From: Phoronis australis
Taxonomy: Eukaryota; Animalia; Phoronida
Assembly: GCA_002633005.1 (NCBI GenBank)
Contig: NMRA01000300.1
Location: 241,783 to 305,782, forward strand
Direction of reading: 5' to 3'
Length of the DNA: 64,000 bases
This document shows, in pieces, positions 51,402 through 62,812 of the stretch. Made by a program: the position numbers and the translations under genes. Numbering within the stretch: position 1 is the first letter of the stretch; each line of letters opens with the position of its first letter. Below the pieces are notes generated by a model. That model was given only the letters and a program-made list of their open reading frames with translations. It did not search any database and was not told where the DNA came from.

Positions 51402-51404
51402 CAG

Positions 51405-51551
51405 GGAGGTAACCAGACTGCTACTATCATTGCGCTTTGCTCCATGCGTGATTTCAACTTGGCCCAGGAGACGTGTCAACTGGCCATTAGAGACGTGGGG
51501 GGTCTAGAGGTGCTGATCAATCTTCTGGACACAGATGAGATCAAGTGTAAG
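51405..51551 (+). CDS. ODAD2: ODAD2/ARMC4 coding exon 10
   Basis: [49 protein letters not shown]; phase 0 to 0. Confidence 0.95.
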
Positions 51552-51933
51552 GTACGTTCAGGGATGATGCAGGGAACACGGGGGAATCTAGAGGGTCTCG
51601 GTAGCTGCTCTGCTGGTCTAAGGTTTGAATCAAGTGTTTGAGGCCCAACAGAAGACAAATGGAGCAAGTGTGGCAGAGTGCTGGGGGATGCTAGGGGCGG
51701 ATTCTTGGGGGGGGGGGTGCTGGTGATGTTCACCAGTAGTAGTAAGGTGTGATTTAAGGATGGTGAGACCTAGAGTATAGATATGTGTTTTGGAGCGGAA
51801 TGTGACATGAAGACTTTGGGGTCACGAGGCTTTGTATTAAATGCTTTTTCAATCCGAAGTCAATTAGTTGGTGACTTCAATTAATAGAAAAAATATAACT
51901 TATTTTTAACGTTATTTGACTTCCTGTTTACAG

Positions 51934-52143
51934 ATTGGATCACTAAAAATCCTTAAGGAGATCTCACGCAACACCCAGATACGGCGTGCCATTGCTGACC
52001 TCGGAGGTCTGCAAACTATGGTACAGATACTGACTGATCCTAATAAAGAACTCAAGTGTCTCGCTGCTGAGACCATCGCAAATGTAGCCAAGTTTCGTCG
52101 GGCAAGGCGAACGGTGCGGCAGTACGGCGGAATCAAAAAGTTG
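51934..52143 (+). CDS. ODAD2: ODAD2/ARMC4 coding exon 11 (ARM repeats)
   Basis: [11 protein letters not shown]...[31 protein letters not shown]. Confidence 0.95.
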
Positions 52144-52949
52144 GTAGGTGTAGAGAGGTCACCTTGTTGTCTACAGGGCTTTGTCACTTCGTTCCTGTCA
52201 CGACACAATGCCAGTGGATGTTACGGCATCTGTTAAGAAGGCCAGGTTATAAAACTCACCATATGTTATGTAACACATTTTTGTAACCTATGGGGAATGC
52301 TGGGAGTATCACTGTCAATAATTCAATTTTGTAAGCATTTTTGATGTGTGCATTTTTTGCTGCAGTAGCTATTTTTCCTGGCAGCCATGAGACAGATATT
52401 TCATAACATCACTGGGGTTAAACATTAGGGATTACTGGCATGATGCAGCCATTAGACACCTATTTCATGACATCATTGGGGTATCATTAGAGATTACTGG
52501 TATGACCAGCCAGCCCTTGTGGAATACTGGTTGGCCAGTAATGTTCCATCACAAAATTTCTTTGTATAACTGTTCAATGATCAAAGGGTGCATTTCCACC
52601 TATGCATGGTCCTCCATTATTGACTACTGATATTTGATTTTGGTATTTTGTATCTTTCAGCTTGCGCTGTGACATGTTTTCATTTATTGCCTGAGATTCA
52701 TTTGTTTGCTAACCTGCTGGCCAGAATTTTTCCGTTACTCACTTTTATCAAAGTTCAGTGATTAACTTCTTGACATTTTTTAATACCATGTCAACAGCAT
52801 TACTTTTTTGTTTTGACATGTTTTTTCTTCCTCTTGAAATTGTTAAAGCTATAAAACTAAGAAAGAAACTTTATTTGTCACTAGGCTGTTTGTTTGATAG
52901 TGGACTAGTAATGGATATTTTAAAGGTCATCTTTTTATCTTCAAACCAG

Positions 52950-53195
52950 GTCACTCTGCTGGACACAGATACTCAACGCAACCTCCACCAGCAGGTGTCA
53001 ATTCGAGACTTTGACCAGGACATCGATGTGGCTCGCTGCGGTGCCTCGGCACTTTGGAGTTGCAGCAAAAGTACTAAGAACAAGCAGGCAATGCGCACAG
53101 CAGGCTGTATCCCCCTGTTGGCCAGACTGCTCAAGTCACAACATGAGAACATGCTCATTCCCGTAGTTGGCACACTCCAAGAATGTGCTTCAGAG
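52950..53195 (+). CDS. ODAD2: ODAD2/ARMC4 coding exon 12 (ARM repeats)
   Basis: VTLLD...[16 protein letters not shown]...[17 protein letters not shown]. Confidence 0.95.
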
Positions 53196-53671
53196 GTAAT
53201 GCTGTAATTGCTGTCATTTTGGTTGCAGTTGCTGTCATTTTGTTGTTACTGTTGTCATTTTGTTGTGGTTGCTGACATTCTGTTGTGCAGTGCTGCCCTC
53301 TTAATGTCATACCCTCAGTTTTAACGTAAATTGTGGTAATAAGCAGGATAGTTCATTAAGTGGGTTTTGACTTGGCAGTGATGGTAACCATGGTAACCAT
53401 TCCTATAAGCTAATCATGAAAAGTATCAGAATACCCCTGGCACTGAGTTCTGATAAGACAAGATGAATTAGGTTTAGTTTTTAGAAAAGGGTGAGAATCA
53501 GGAATTATATTAAATATGACAATAAATCATGACATTAAATACGACAATAAATCATGACATTATGCGGGTTATGTTCCATGGGTTTAATGGGAAATGAATC
53601 GGTTTTTTGAATCTCATGACAATAACCAGGATATTCTATAATGTGTTATCACATTAAGTGTGCTCCACTAC

Positions 53672-53830
53672 AATTGTCATTTTGTTGTTATTTATGTATT
53701 TTTGTTGTAAGTGCTGTCATTTTGTTGTTATTTATGTATTTTTGTTGTAAGTGCTGTCATTTTGTTGTAAGTGCTGTCATTTTGTTGTAAGTGCTGTCAT
53801 TTTGTTGTAATTGCTGTCATTTTGTTGCTG
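53672..53830. repeat. About 20-nt minisatellite (GCTGTCATTTTGTTGTAAGT); related copies at about 53205-53290
   Basis: Directly visible tandem units. Confidence 0.8.
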
Positions 53831-54006
53831 CTGCTGTTGGTCATACAATTTTTGTTGTAAGAAGTTGTTCAGTTAAACTGTCGGACAAGAAAATATTATC
53901 AAGGTTGATTGGGAGGCTACTGCATTTGTTGTAGAAAATATTAATTTTGAATTTGAAAAAAATATTTTGGCTCATTCATGAAGTCTCTTACTCATGTTTT
54001 ACTTAC

Positions 54007-54635
54007 CAATGACTTCGCATCACAAAAACTGGGTTCACAACATTTGCTGATTTCCAGGACTCCACCTACAGCAATCCAAAACGTTGCGAAATTTGGGTAA
54101 GGGTCGTGACCGGTCACCTAGCCACAGGGGTGCTACTAATTTTGCCTTTCATCATCCTTTAGAATTTCATTTCACTGAAGGATTATTACATCGGCTCTGG
54201 CCTACCTTATTTTCGTTTTCATTATCCAGCTGGTTCCTAGGGATCTGACGAGACAGTTTCCTTCAACTGTATGCATCATTCGATAGTTTATAGTCCTCTC
54301 ATACCCGCTTTATCCACTAAGTTACCATATTGGCATCAAATCATTTCAAATTTCACTGAAGTTTCCTGCTGTATCCACCTGTATTTACTGTCTCCAACTT
54401 CATGGAACCAGATGTTCCCTCTATCTCTTTATTAGTCTCCAGTAGGCCACTTTTACCCACAATGCAGTTTATTTACTCTTCTCTCCATAGATAGCGCTTG
54501 AATTAGTTGTGCTAAAGTGGTGACTTCTTCAATTTCAGGAGATGTTGGAATACGATCGTTAATTTTTTTTTTCACACGCTGTAAATATTTTTGTACGTTT
54601 CGAAAGTATAAAATGCTGTCACTGAATGGCTGCAA
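54007..54635 (-). pseudogene. Possible decayed antisense coding segment inside ODAD2 intron 12
   Basis: Frame 54472 to 54007 has 10 stops (9 TGA, 1 TAG, no TAA) and ends at G|GTAAGT; one frameshift joins it to ORF 54635-54453. No homologue recognised. Confidence 0.3.
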
Positions 54636-54906
54636 CTGATTGTGGCCTTGACCTTTGGTTAGTTAGGCTTCTTCTGTGAATTTGTGTTGTTGTTTGATGA
54701 ATATAGTCTCTGCAGCATTAGTGTTAGCTTAAAGTGTTTGGTTTGTGTTTGTTTTGATCAAATGAACTAGTGGATAATTTCAGTTGTTTAGTTCTAAATC
54801 ATTCTGACAATTTGTGTTAGAAGTGAATTATTTTGTCAGTTAATGCCAGGAGGCTTGATTATGTTCGGAATTCTTCAGAATGAAATCGTTCCAATTGCCT
54901 TTACAG

Positions 54907-55017
54907 CAAAGTTATCGCCTTGCAATACGTACAGAGGGTATGATTGAGGATCTCGTCAAAAATTTAAACAGCGAAAACGAGGAGTTACAGATGCACTGCG
55001 CCAGCGCCATCTTTAAG
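54907..55017 (+). CDS. ODAD2: ODAD2/ARMC4 coding exon 13
   Basis: [37 protein letters not shown]. Confidence 0.95.
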
Positions 55018-55503
55018 GTGTGTTATGAGTTCTATTTTAGGAAGACTCATCAAAATGCTTGTGTTAAATACACCCGTATTAGTCTTATTATGTCCACGGT
55101 ATTAAAGAGGTCAATAACGGACATACTGAAAGACTACAAATCCACACTGGTGTCTATAACTACAGTAAATTTGAAATCAAAAATATTTTCCGGCTTTTCA
55201 TTCACAGCTTTACATACTCAAAATCATGTGTGCTCAATAAACACAGGCAGTTTTGCTTGACCTTTGAACTTATGGTAAAGATTTTCTATATGAATTCATT
55301 TTTGTCTTACATTTCTGTGGATTCGCATGGATGTTATGTTGAGAATTCATATTAACACTTCATACAATTTGTAGGTAAGGTTAATTGTAAAAATTCATTA
55401 AGAAATGTTATCATTAAGAAATTATAAATGATCAAACATTCATTCGCTGCCTTTTCGCAATCCATCGTTATTGTTTCAAACTATCTGTTGCTCATTTGTG
55501 TAG

Positions 55504-55719
55504 TGTGCTGAAGAGAAAGAGACTCGTGACCTAGTTAGACAATATGGCGGACTGGACCCGTTGGTTTACCTACTTAATAATACGGACAACAAGGAACTGT
55601 TGGCGGCGGCCACAGGTGCCATCTGGAAATGTGCCATCAGTCCTGAAAACGTGATGCGTTTCCAAGAACTGAAAGCCATAGACCTATTGGTAGCGCTGCT
55701 GAATAACCAACCAGAAGAG
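55504..55719 (+). CDS. ODAD2: ODAD2/ARMC4 coding exon 14
   Basis: [20 protein letters not shown]...[15 protein letters not shown]...QPEE; donor GTGAG. Confidence 0.95.
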
Positions 55720-55921
55720 GTGAGTGACTGGATCTTGACACTGCTGCCATCTGTTGAGTTAATCTGACAATGAGTCTGTGAGATTTTCAGTTCAGTGGGA
55801 TCACTGCGTCAGCGGCTTTTCAAAGATTAAGTGTTAAGTGATTAATACTGGTTGTCTAGAAATTGAAACCGTTAGAATATGTTGTAACTTCCTTTTATGC
55901 TTTCTATTGGGTGTATGTTGT

Positions 55922-56172
55922 CTCACAGTATTCTATGACTATCACAGTATTCCATGACTCGCAATATCATGTTACTCACACAGTATTTTGTGACTCGCAC
56001 AGTATTTTGTGACTCACACAGTATTCTGCGACTCACACAGTATTCTGCGACTCACAGTATTGCACGACTCGCACAGTATTCTGCGACTCACAGTATTTTA
56101 TGACTCATAGTATTGTGTGACTCTCATGGTATTGTGTGACTCTCACAGTATTGTATGACTTACACAGTATTT
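55922..56172. repeat. 18-20-nt degenerate minisatellite (GACTC(AC)ACAGTATTnTGY)
   Basis: Roughly a dozen degenerate units visible. Confidence 0.8.
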
Positions 56173-56625
56173 TTGATTGACTTGATAAGCACCCTGACAA
56201 TCATGACATAGAAGTAAGTGATTTTTATACTTTGAATTTGATTATTTTGTTTTTGCGTTATTTTTTGTGACTGCACCTTTTTCATTTTATAAATTTTCTT
56301 TACAGCACAGGGTCAACAGTTTTGCTTGTCATGTTTTTGCTGTGTAAAATGCATGAATAAATTGGTATTCATAACATGTAAAAGTTTGGGAACTTGAATG
56401 TGTATTTTGTGTTTTTTACGTTGTTGAAACATGTTTGAAAATTCACTATACTATTATTCCAGCTAAGTAATTATACAGCCTGTGTTTTTAAATAACTTCA
56501 ACTAGATGTGAGTTTTGTTCTCAATATTTCCAGTTTTAATTGATTGCTTTCTGTTGTGGAGACTGCAACACTTTTTTAGTTTGTGCTTATTCCCCTTTTG
56601 TCTGCACTCAACCACTGGAGAGCAA

Positions 56626-56770
56626 GAGGTGGGAGTCACGGGTACGGGGCAAGGGGTGGAAGGCAAAGGAAGGGGGCAAAGGGTGGAAAGCAATGGTGTG
56701 GGGCAAGAGGTGGAAGGCAAGGGGTGGGGAGGGCAAAGGGTGAGAGGCAAGGGTGGGGAGCAAGGGGTTG
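56626..56770. repeat. G/purine-rich degenerate repeat (GGGGCAAnGGGTGGAAGGCAA-like)
   Basis: Multiple GGG runs; produces spurious ORFs on both strands. Confidence 0.7.
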
Positions 56771-57009
56771 CTGTGGAAACAAATTGAAAAATTGTTGAAA
56801 ATGTCTTACCACTTGACTTTAGGCCACTTTCTGTCTATTATAATAATAAAAAGAAATGTCACCAGATATTAAAAACTGTAGGTTTTTTTTAATTTGGAAG
56901 AAAATAGTTTGGACCATAAATTCAACTACTAAAAATTTTTACCCTAATTGCTTACCTTTGTGACAAACCGTCGCTGCTGTAAATAATGTGGGTCATCAAT
57001 TTTCTGTAG

Positions 57010-57191
57010 GTTTTAGTCAACGTAGTCGGAGCTCTGGGCGAGTGTGCACAAGAACCAGCCAACCGCTCGCAAATCCGTAAATGTGGTGGAATCTCTCCAT
57101 TGGTCAATCTGTTGACGGGAACCAATCAGGCACTGCTGGTCAATGTGACTAAAGCTGTGGGAGCGTGTGCCGAGGAACCAGACAACATGGC
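57010..57191 (+). CDS. ODAD2: ODAD2/ARMC4 coding exon 15 (copy A)
   Basis: [60 protein letters not shown]; phase 0 to 2. Confidence 0.9.
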
Positions 57192-57425
57192 GTAAGTAGA
57201 ACATGATTGCGGCCAGCTGCAAAAATTAAAACATTTTATGTTGCCTTAAAACTGTATTATCACTTCGTATTTCCTTGTGAAAATGATGAGTGATTGGTAA
57301 AACAACACAACTTGTCTCAAGTAAAAGAAATCATAATTAAATTATTCACTTACTTAATAATGCAAAGTGNCCTTTGTGACAAACCGTCGCTGCAGTAAAT
57401 AATGTGGGTTATCAATTTTCTGTAG

Positions 57426-57607
57426 GTTTTAGTTAACGTAGTAGGAGCTCTGGGCGAGTGTGCACAAGAACCAGCCAACCGCTCGCAAATCCGTAAATGT
57501 GGTGGAATCTCTCCATTGGTCAATCTGTTGACGGGAACCAATCAGGCACTGCTGGTCAATGTGACTAAAGCTGTGGGAGCGTGTGCCGAGGAACCAGACA
57601 ACATGGC
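57426..57607 (+). CDS. ODAD2: ODAD2/ARMC4 coding exon 15 (copy B, duplicate; probably second haplotype or assembly overlap)
   Basis: Same peptide as copy A with two synonymous differences; the duplicated block begins immediately after the N at 57370. Confidence 0.6.
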
Positions 57608-58038
57608 GTAAGTAGAACATGATTGCGGCCAGCTGCAAAAATTAAAACAAAACATTTTATGTTGCCTGAAAACTGTATTATCACTTCGCATTTCATTGTG
57701 AAAATGATGAGTGATTGGTAAAACAACACAAATTGTCTCAAGTAAAAGAAATCATAATTAAATTATTCACTTACTTAATAATGCAAAGTGCATCCAGGCT
57801 CTTTTCCAAATTCTTCTGCTCCGTTCACCAGTTAGTTCATTCTACTCATCTTGTCATCTGACAGATTTCAGATCGAGCCCTCATGAAAGTTGAGCTCTCT
57901 CTATGTTGTGGTTAACATTCTGCTTTACCAGGGACTACAGTGATCCCCAGTAAACGCAAAAATATAAATTTGAGTCAGAAGTTTTTCTTCTTTGTTCAGT
58001 TTTTCAATCATTTAATGAACTGTAGTTGTTGTAGAGAG

Positions 58039-58188
58039 GATGTATCAAACTGCAGTATATGGGGATGATCATGTATCAAACTGCAGTATATGGGGATGAC
58101 CATGTATCAAACTGCAGTATACAGGGATGATCATGTATCAAACTGCAGTATACAGGGATGATCATGTATCAAACTGCAGTATACAGGA
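58039..58188. repeat. 31-nt minisatellite (TGTATCAAACTGCAGTATA..GGGATGA.CA), 5 copies
   Basis: Unit starts at 58041, 58072, 58103, 58134, 58165. Confidence 0.9.
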
Positions 58189-58515
58189 ATGACAGTAATT
58201 TTATTTTCCATATTGTAACTCTTGTTCTGGCAAGATCATTTCAAATAATTTTCCAGCAACATTTTGAACATATGCCAGTCTCAGTGTATATGATCTTATT
58301 GACCTGTGATGTATATAAGGTTATATGTAGGATCTTATGGACTTGCAAAAGTGAAAATTTTTAAAACAAATCCTAAAAGCGTTTTGGAGAGTAGTGTGTA
58401 AAGCATAATATCAGACAGTTTCATATGAATCTTATCAGTCGTTTCTGAGATATCATTTTCCAAATTAGCCAAATTTTGGACATAATCTAATCTCGATTTA
58501 CTTTCTTTTTTCCAG

Positions 58516-58630
58516 GAACATTGATCGACTAGACGGTGTTCGACTGCTGTGGTCACTGTTAAAGAACCAGAATCCAGAGGTTCAAGCCAGCGCTGCCTGG
58601 GCAATATGCCCATGTATAGAAAATGCCAAG
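58516..58630 (+). CDS. ODAD2: ODAD2/ARMC4 coding exon 16
   Basis: [38 protein letters not shown]; phase 2 to 0. Confidence 0.95.
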
Positions 58631-59039
58631 GTGAGGCGCTGCCTATAGTATCTAGTGTGAGGCCAGTGTCAGCACATGGTTAGCTCAATAAAAACCAATG
58701 GTCTGATATAACATGCTCATATTTTGAGAACCAGTTTGATGCCTGCATGGTACTTATAGTGTACAAAGCTGGTTCTCGAAATTGGGACACGTTATATCAA
58801 ACCATTATTACCCAATAAAATACACAAAGAATTGATTGTCTAAGAATCATTTCAGCAACACATTTCTTTTCCTTGATGACATTAGCCTCGAATGAATCAC
58901 AGGAACAACTTGACATTTTATTTTCAAATGTAAGGTGAATTTTACTATGGTACTTTGTGTCGTCGCAGCTCATGACATAAAAGAGCGTCTCAATCTGTTG
59001 CCAGGTATAAGTTAACTCTGCATCATTCTACTTCCACAG

Positions 59040-59228
59040 GATGCTGGTGAGATGGTGCGTAGTTTTGTGGGTGGTCTGGAGCTCATCGTCAGCTTGCTTA
59101 AGTCGGAAGAGCCTGAGGTTTTGGCCAGTGTATGTGCTGCCATAGCCAACATTGCCAAGGATGAAGAAAATCTGGCCGTTATTACTGACCACGGTGTTGT
59201 GCCAATGTTGGCCAAACTCACTGACACG
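59040..59228 (+). CDS. ODAD2: ODAD2/ARMC4 coding exon 17
   Basis: [17 protein letters not shown]...[21 protein letters not shown]. Confidence 0.95.
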
Positions 59229-60608
59229 GTAAGTGGACTGTGAACATCCACTCTGTCTTACATGACACACTAAGTGCACTGTGATCATGCCACTCTGTCT
59301 TAACATGACGTACTCCTAAGTTTGAGATGGGATGTCTTGTACCAGTTACAGAGACTAAAAGGCCATCAACCAATATTACATGGATACAGTGTATATGTGT
59401 AGCTGGGGTCAGCAGCACTAATAGCGGGGGACCAGGGTGTGACTGCATGAAGGGCTGGCATCTATAAATTAGTACTACATTCTAGACTTGGTCCTTTGTG
59501 CAGGCAAATTTCATGAAATGACCTGAGATTGATCAGTTCACCAGTAGACCCTACAGTATGTGAATTCCAGATATTCAGAAAAAGTCCTCGAAAACCTGGA
59601 AAAGTTCAATGGGAAATTTAATGTAAGCATGATAAGATCATTTAAGAAAAATTGCCAACAAAAAGATTGCTCACGTTTACTTATGAAGTTCTACTTACAG
59701 CACCAAGAACTTAGTACTGTACTTAGTACCGTACTTAGTACCGTTGATTAGGTGAAGACTCAAAGTATGCGTGAAGCAATAGTCTTAAGCTATTCCGTCT
59801 AACTTCCCAATTCAATTACAATATCAAGATACCATAGGGAGTATTAAGTAGTGGGAAGACATCTGTTGGCATTTGTGAGAACTACGAGTTGCAATCTATC
59901 CATGCATGCTTCACTGATTATAACTCACACAGAGAACCAAGTAATTAACCCCTTATAATAACCTCCAATTTGGATGCCCACACACGCAGAACCCAAGAGG
60001 AATGTCCAAATCTCAAAAACAGACAATAGTATTTTCATTTGAAATTTTCAGATGCTATGCTTTTAATGCGCAGTTCTCCAAAACAGCGAGAATTGTATTT
60101 AAAAAGTTTCATATTTACATGAAGGCCTATCAGAATGGGCCTTTATGATTTTTATGGAATAAAGTAAATAATAGCGAAAAAGATAATTTTGACTTAGCCT
60201 TGTATATTTTCCATTAGATTTTATCACGTTATGGATGCCATTGCCATATATGTATTTATATGCAAACGAGTCAGACCATCATAATTTTGTTACCAGCATG
60301 TGCAGGAGGCATGCTGATAACATTACCATAGCAACCACCACCCTCATCACTGGGTTATCAAAACTGATGACCAATACTTATAGATATTGTGTGGTAATAT
60401 AGCTTGCTGTGATAGTTTTGGCATGAAGTGTGCAGACAGAAGTGATGTAGTAAGAAAATTGTTTCACGAGACACAAATGTGAATACCTCCATTAGAAGCC
60501 ATATCACACTGTCCAAAGTTGCTATGACATGCGAGGTTATTCCTCCTCCAAAATGTTCAAGATTTAATGACGTGCTTCGCGCGATAATTTATGGTGTAAA
60601 TGGTCAGA

Positions 60609-60925
60609 GTTGGGCCAACTACATCGTACACGTACACTACAGTGAGGCAACAGTTGGGCCAACTACATCGTACACGTACACTACAGTGAGGCAACAGTTG
60701 GGCCAACTACATCGTACACGTACACTACAGTGAGGCAACAGTTGGGCCAACTACGTTGTACACTTACACTACAGTGAGGCAACAGTTGGGCCAACTACGT
60801 TGTACACGTACACTACAGTGAATTCCATAGTTGCGCCAACTATATGTTGTACACGTACACTACAGCAAGGCTACAGTTGGGCCAACTATGTTGTACATAA
60901 ACACTAGTACAGTGAATCAACAGTT
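60609..60925. repeat. 44-nt minisatellite, about 7 copies, with internal palindrome AGTTGG-G-CCAACT
   Basis: Unit starts at 60609, 60653, 60697, 60741, 60785, about 60830 and about 60876; no unique spacers. Confidence 0.9.
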
Positions 60926-61888
60926 AGGCATTCCTGGTATAATTGCTGAATGTACACATGCGAGTGAGTCCCTGAGTAATGATGTCAAGTGCACCTCAAC
61001 TTACAGCCCTTTTCAATCAGGTCTCCTAAGGTTGAATTTGATTGGCCGATTATAGGCCAAGCATGAACACTGAATCACCTCTTAACTCTTAAGTGTTTAT
61101 TCTAGAAGCATAATGTATTCTGGTCGGTAGTTGTTTTGAAATTCATGTAGTAATATCTAGGTACTTTTACTCAGATTTATTTTTTCAAAAACTGTTGCTG
61201 ACGGGAATAGGGTTACTATGTTGAGCAGCCTATGCCCCACATGTGGGTTGAGGAAACACCTGTCACCAGTTGCCCCACACGTGGGTTGAGGAAACGCGTG
61301 TCGTAGTGCACGTTATTCAATGTGACAGTTAAATGTATACAACCATCTGCATAATCATGCACAATAATGGTAAATATGAATAGATTCATGCAACATTTGA
61401 TTTTTTTTCATCAAAGTCTTATTTTTTGACAGTCACTCATACACAAGTTAAATATTTTAAAAACAATTCTGAACAGTGTTGTGGAAAACATCAAATCAAG
61501 CAATTGGTATCTGAATGTTTCATATTTGTGGGATCCACAAATGTTTTCAAAATCCAATGATTACTGGAGGTGTCTGTTATTGATGGCAAGGCATCACTTA
61601 ATGTTGTCTGGTAATGACAAAAAGATAGGAGCCTAATACAGTACATCTCATGCTAGACTAATTCATGTAAAGCGAGGATATTGAAAATAAGGATATTTGG
61701 CAGAATATGATGTGGGCATGTGCTTTCTTTTTTACAGCATCAAAAATGAGTTGGGTCCAGAGCTGAATCAAATCGTGTTTTTTTGACATTATTGAGTCCA
61801 CATGGCTCTGCAGAAGTGTGCAAGGAGCTTGACATCCAGAACACATTTATACTCTTTGTCCAAGACTGATTGATACATTTTATTTCAG

Positions 61889-62110
61889 AATGACGACAGA
61901 CTTAGAAAAAATTTGGCCGAAGCCATCGCACGTTGCTGCAGCTGGGGCAACAACAGGATAGCGTTCGGTAAAGAGGGTGCAGTGGCACCCCTCTACAACT
62001 ATCTCAAGTCTAAAGACCCTGCTGTTCACCGATCAACTGCTAAAGCACTCTTCCAGCTGTCCAAAAACCCAGACAACTGCATAACTATGCACGAGGCTGG
62101 CGTTGTCAAG
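61889..62110 (+). CDS. ODAD2: ODAD2/ARMC4 coding exon 18
   Basis: [27 protein letters not shown]...[13 protein letters not shown]. Confidence 0.95.
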
Positions 62111-62698
62111 GTAATAGTCCCCTCTTTCTTTTATTATGGCAACCACTTGCGTTGTTCATCTGTTTCATTTTCTTGCATAGCCGCATAGGGTGATTTCATA
62201 ATTGTTGGAATAAAACTTTACCCCAGTAATAAACTGTCATTAGTTTCCTAGCTCGTAGTAAGTCGTGGGAAGATTCCTTTCATGAAAATTTTTTCAGCAG
62301 TCACATTCCACCAGTTGTAAATATAATGATCTTTCAAAAATACAATTGGAATTAAATCTCGACTGTGATCAGGATTATATTGTTTATTATTCATATTGTT
62401 TATCATTCAACAGTCTCTATTGCTTCATATAAACTTGGCTTTGTACACAATAAGTCTTAAGAGTCAAGTATTGAACTGGGTACAGCAATTCATTCAGATT
62501 TCCAGTTGAAGGCCACAATGCACCCTACTGTGTAACCTCCAATTTACCTAATGTACCATGTAGTGTACCCTCCAATGTACCCAATGTACCAGGATGTGTA
62601 AAGATTTTTTCCTGAAATCAATAAGCCAGGTTCTCATTTGACCCCCATTGAAGTTAGTCCTTAGTCGCCACAGATTTTTAAATGTACCTTTATTTCAG

Positions 62699-62812
62699 CC
62701 ACTCGTAGAAATGGTGGGTTCCAGCGACGAAGTATTACAAGTGGCAGCAGCTGGCTGCATCGGCAATATCCGACGACTCGCACTGGCCAATGAGAAAGCT
62801 AAATACTCATAG
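62699..62812 (+). CDS. ODAD2: ODAD2/ARMC4 coding exon 19 (last)
   Basis: [37 protein letters not shown], matching the recalled ARMC4 C-terminus. Exons 1-19 sum to 3156 nt (1051 aa plus stop). Confidence 0.93.
   Translation, partial: PLVEMVGSSDEVLQVAAAGCIGNIRRLALANEKAKYS

Noticed and set aside
54007-54472. Selenoprotein or alternative-code (TGA=Trp) reading of the TGA-rich frame
   Set aside because: A TAG and a frameshift also interrupt it, contexts fit Arg, and no SECIS was recognised.
56502-56798. Gly-rich and Pro-rich ORFs
   Set aside because: Derived from the G-rich low-complexity repeat.
60609-60925. CRISPR-like array (palindromic repeat, regular period)
   Set aside because: No unique spacers, no cas genes, eukaryotic intron; it is a minisatellite. 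The same applies to 51165-51401 and 58039-58188.
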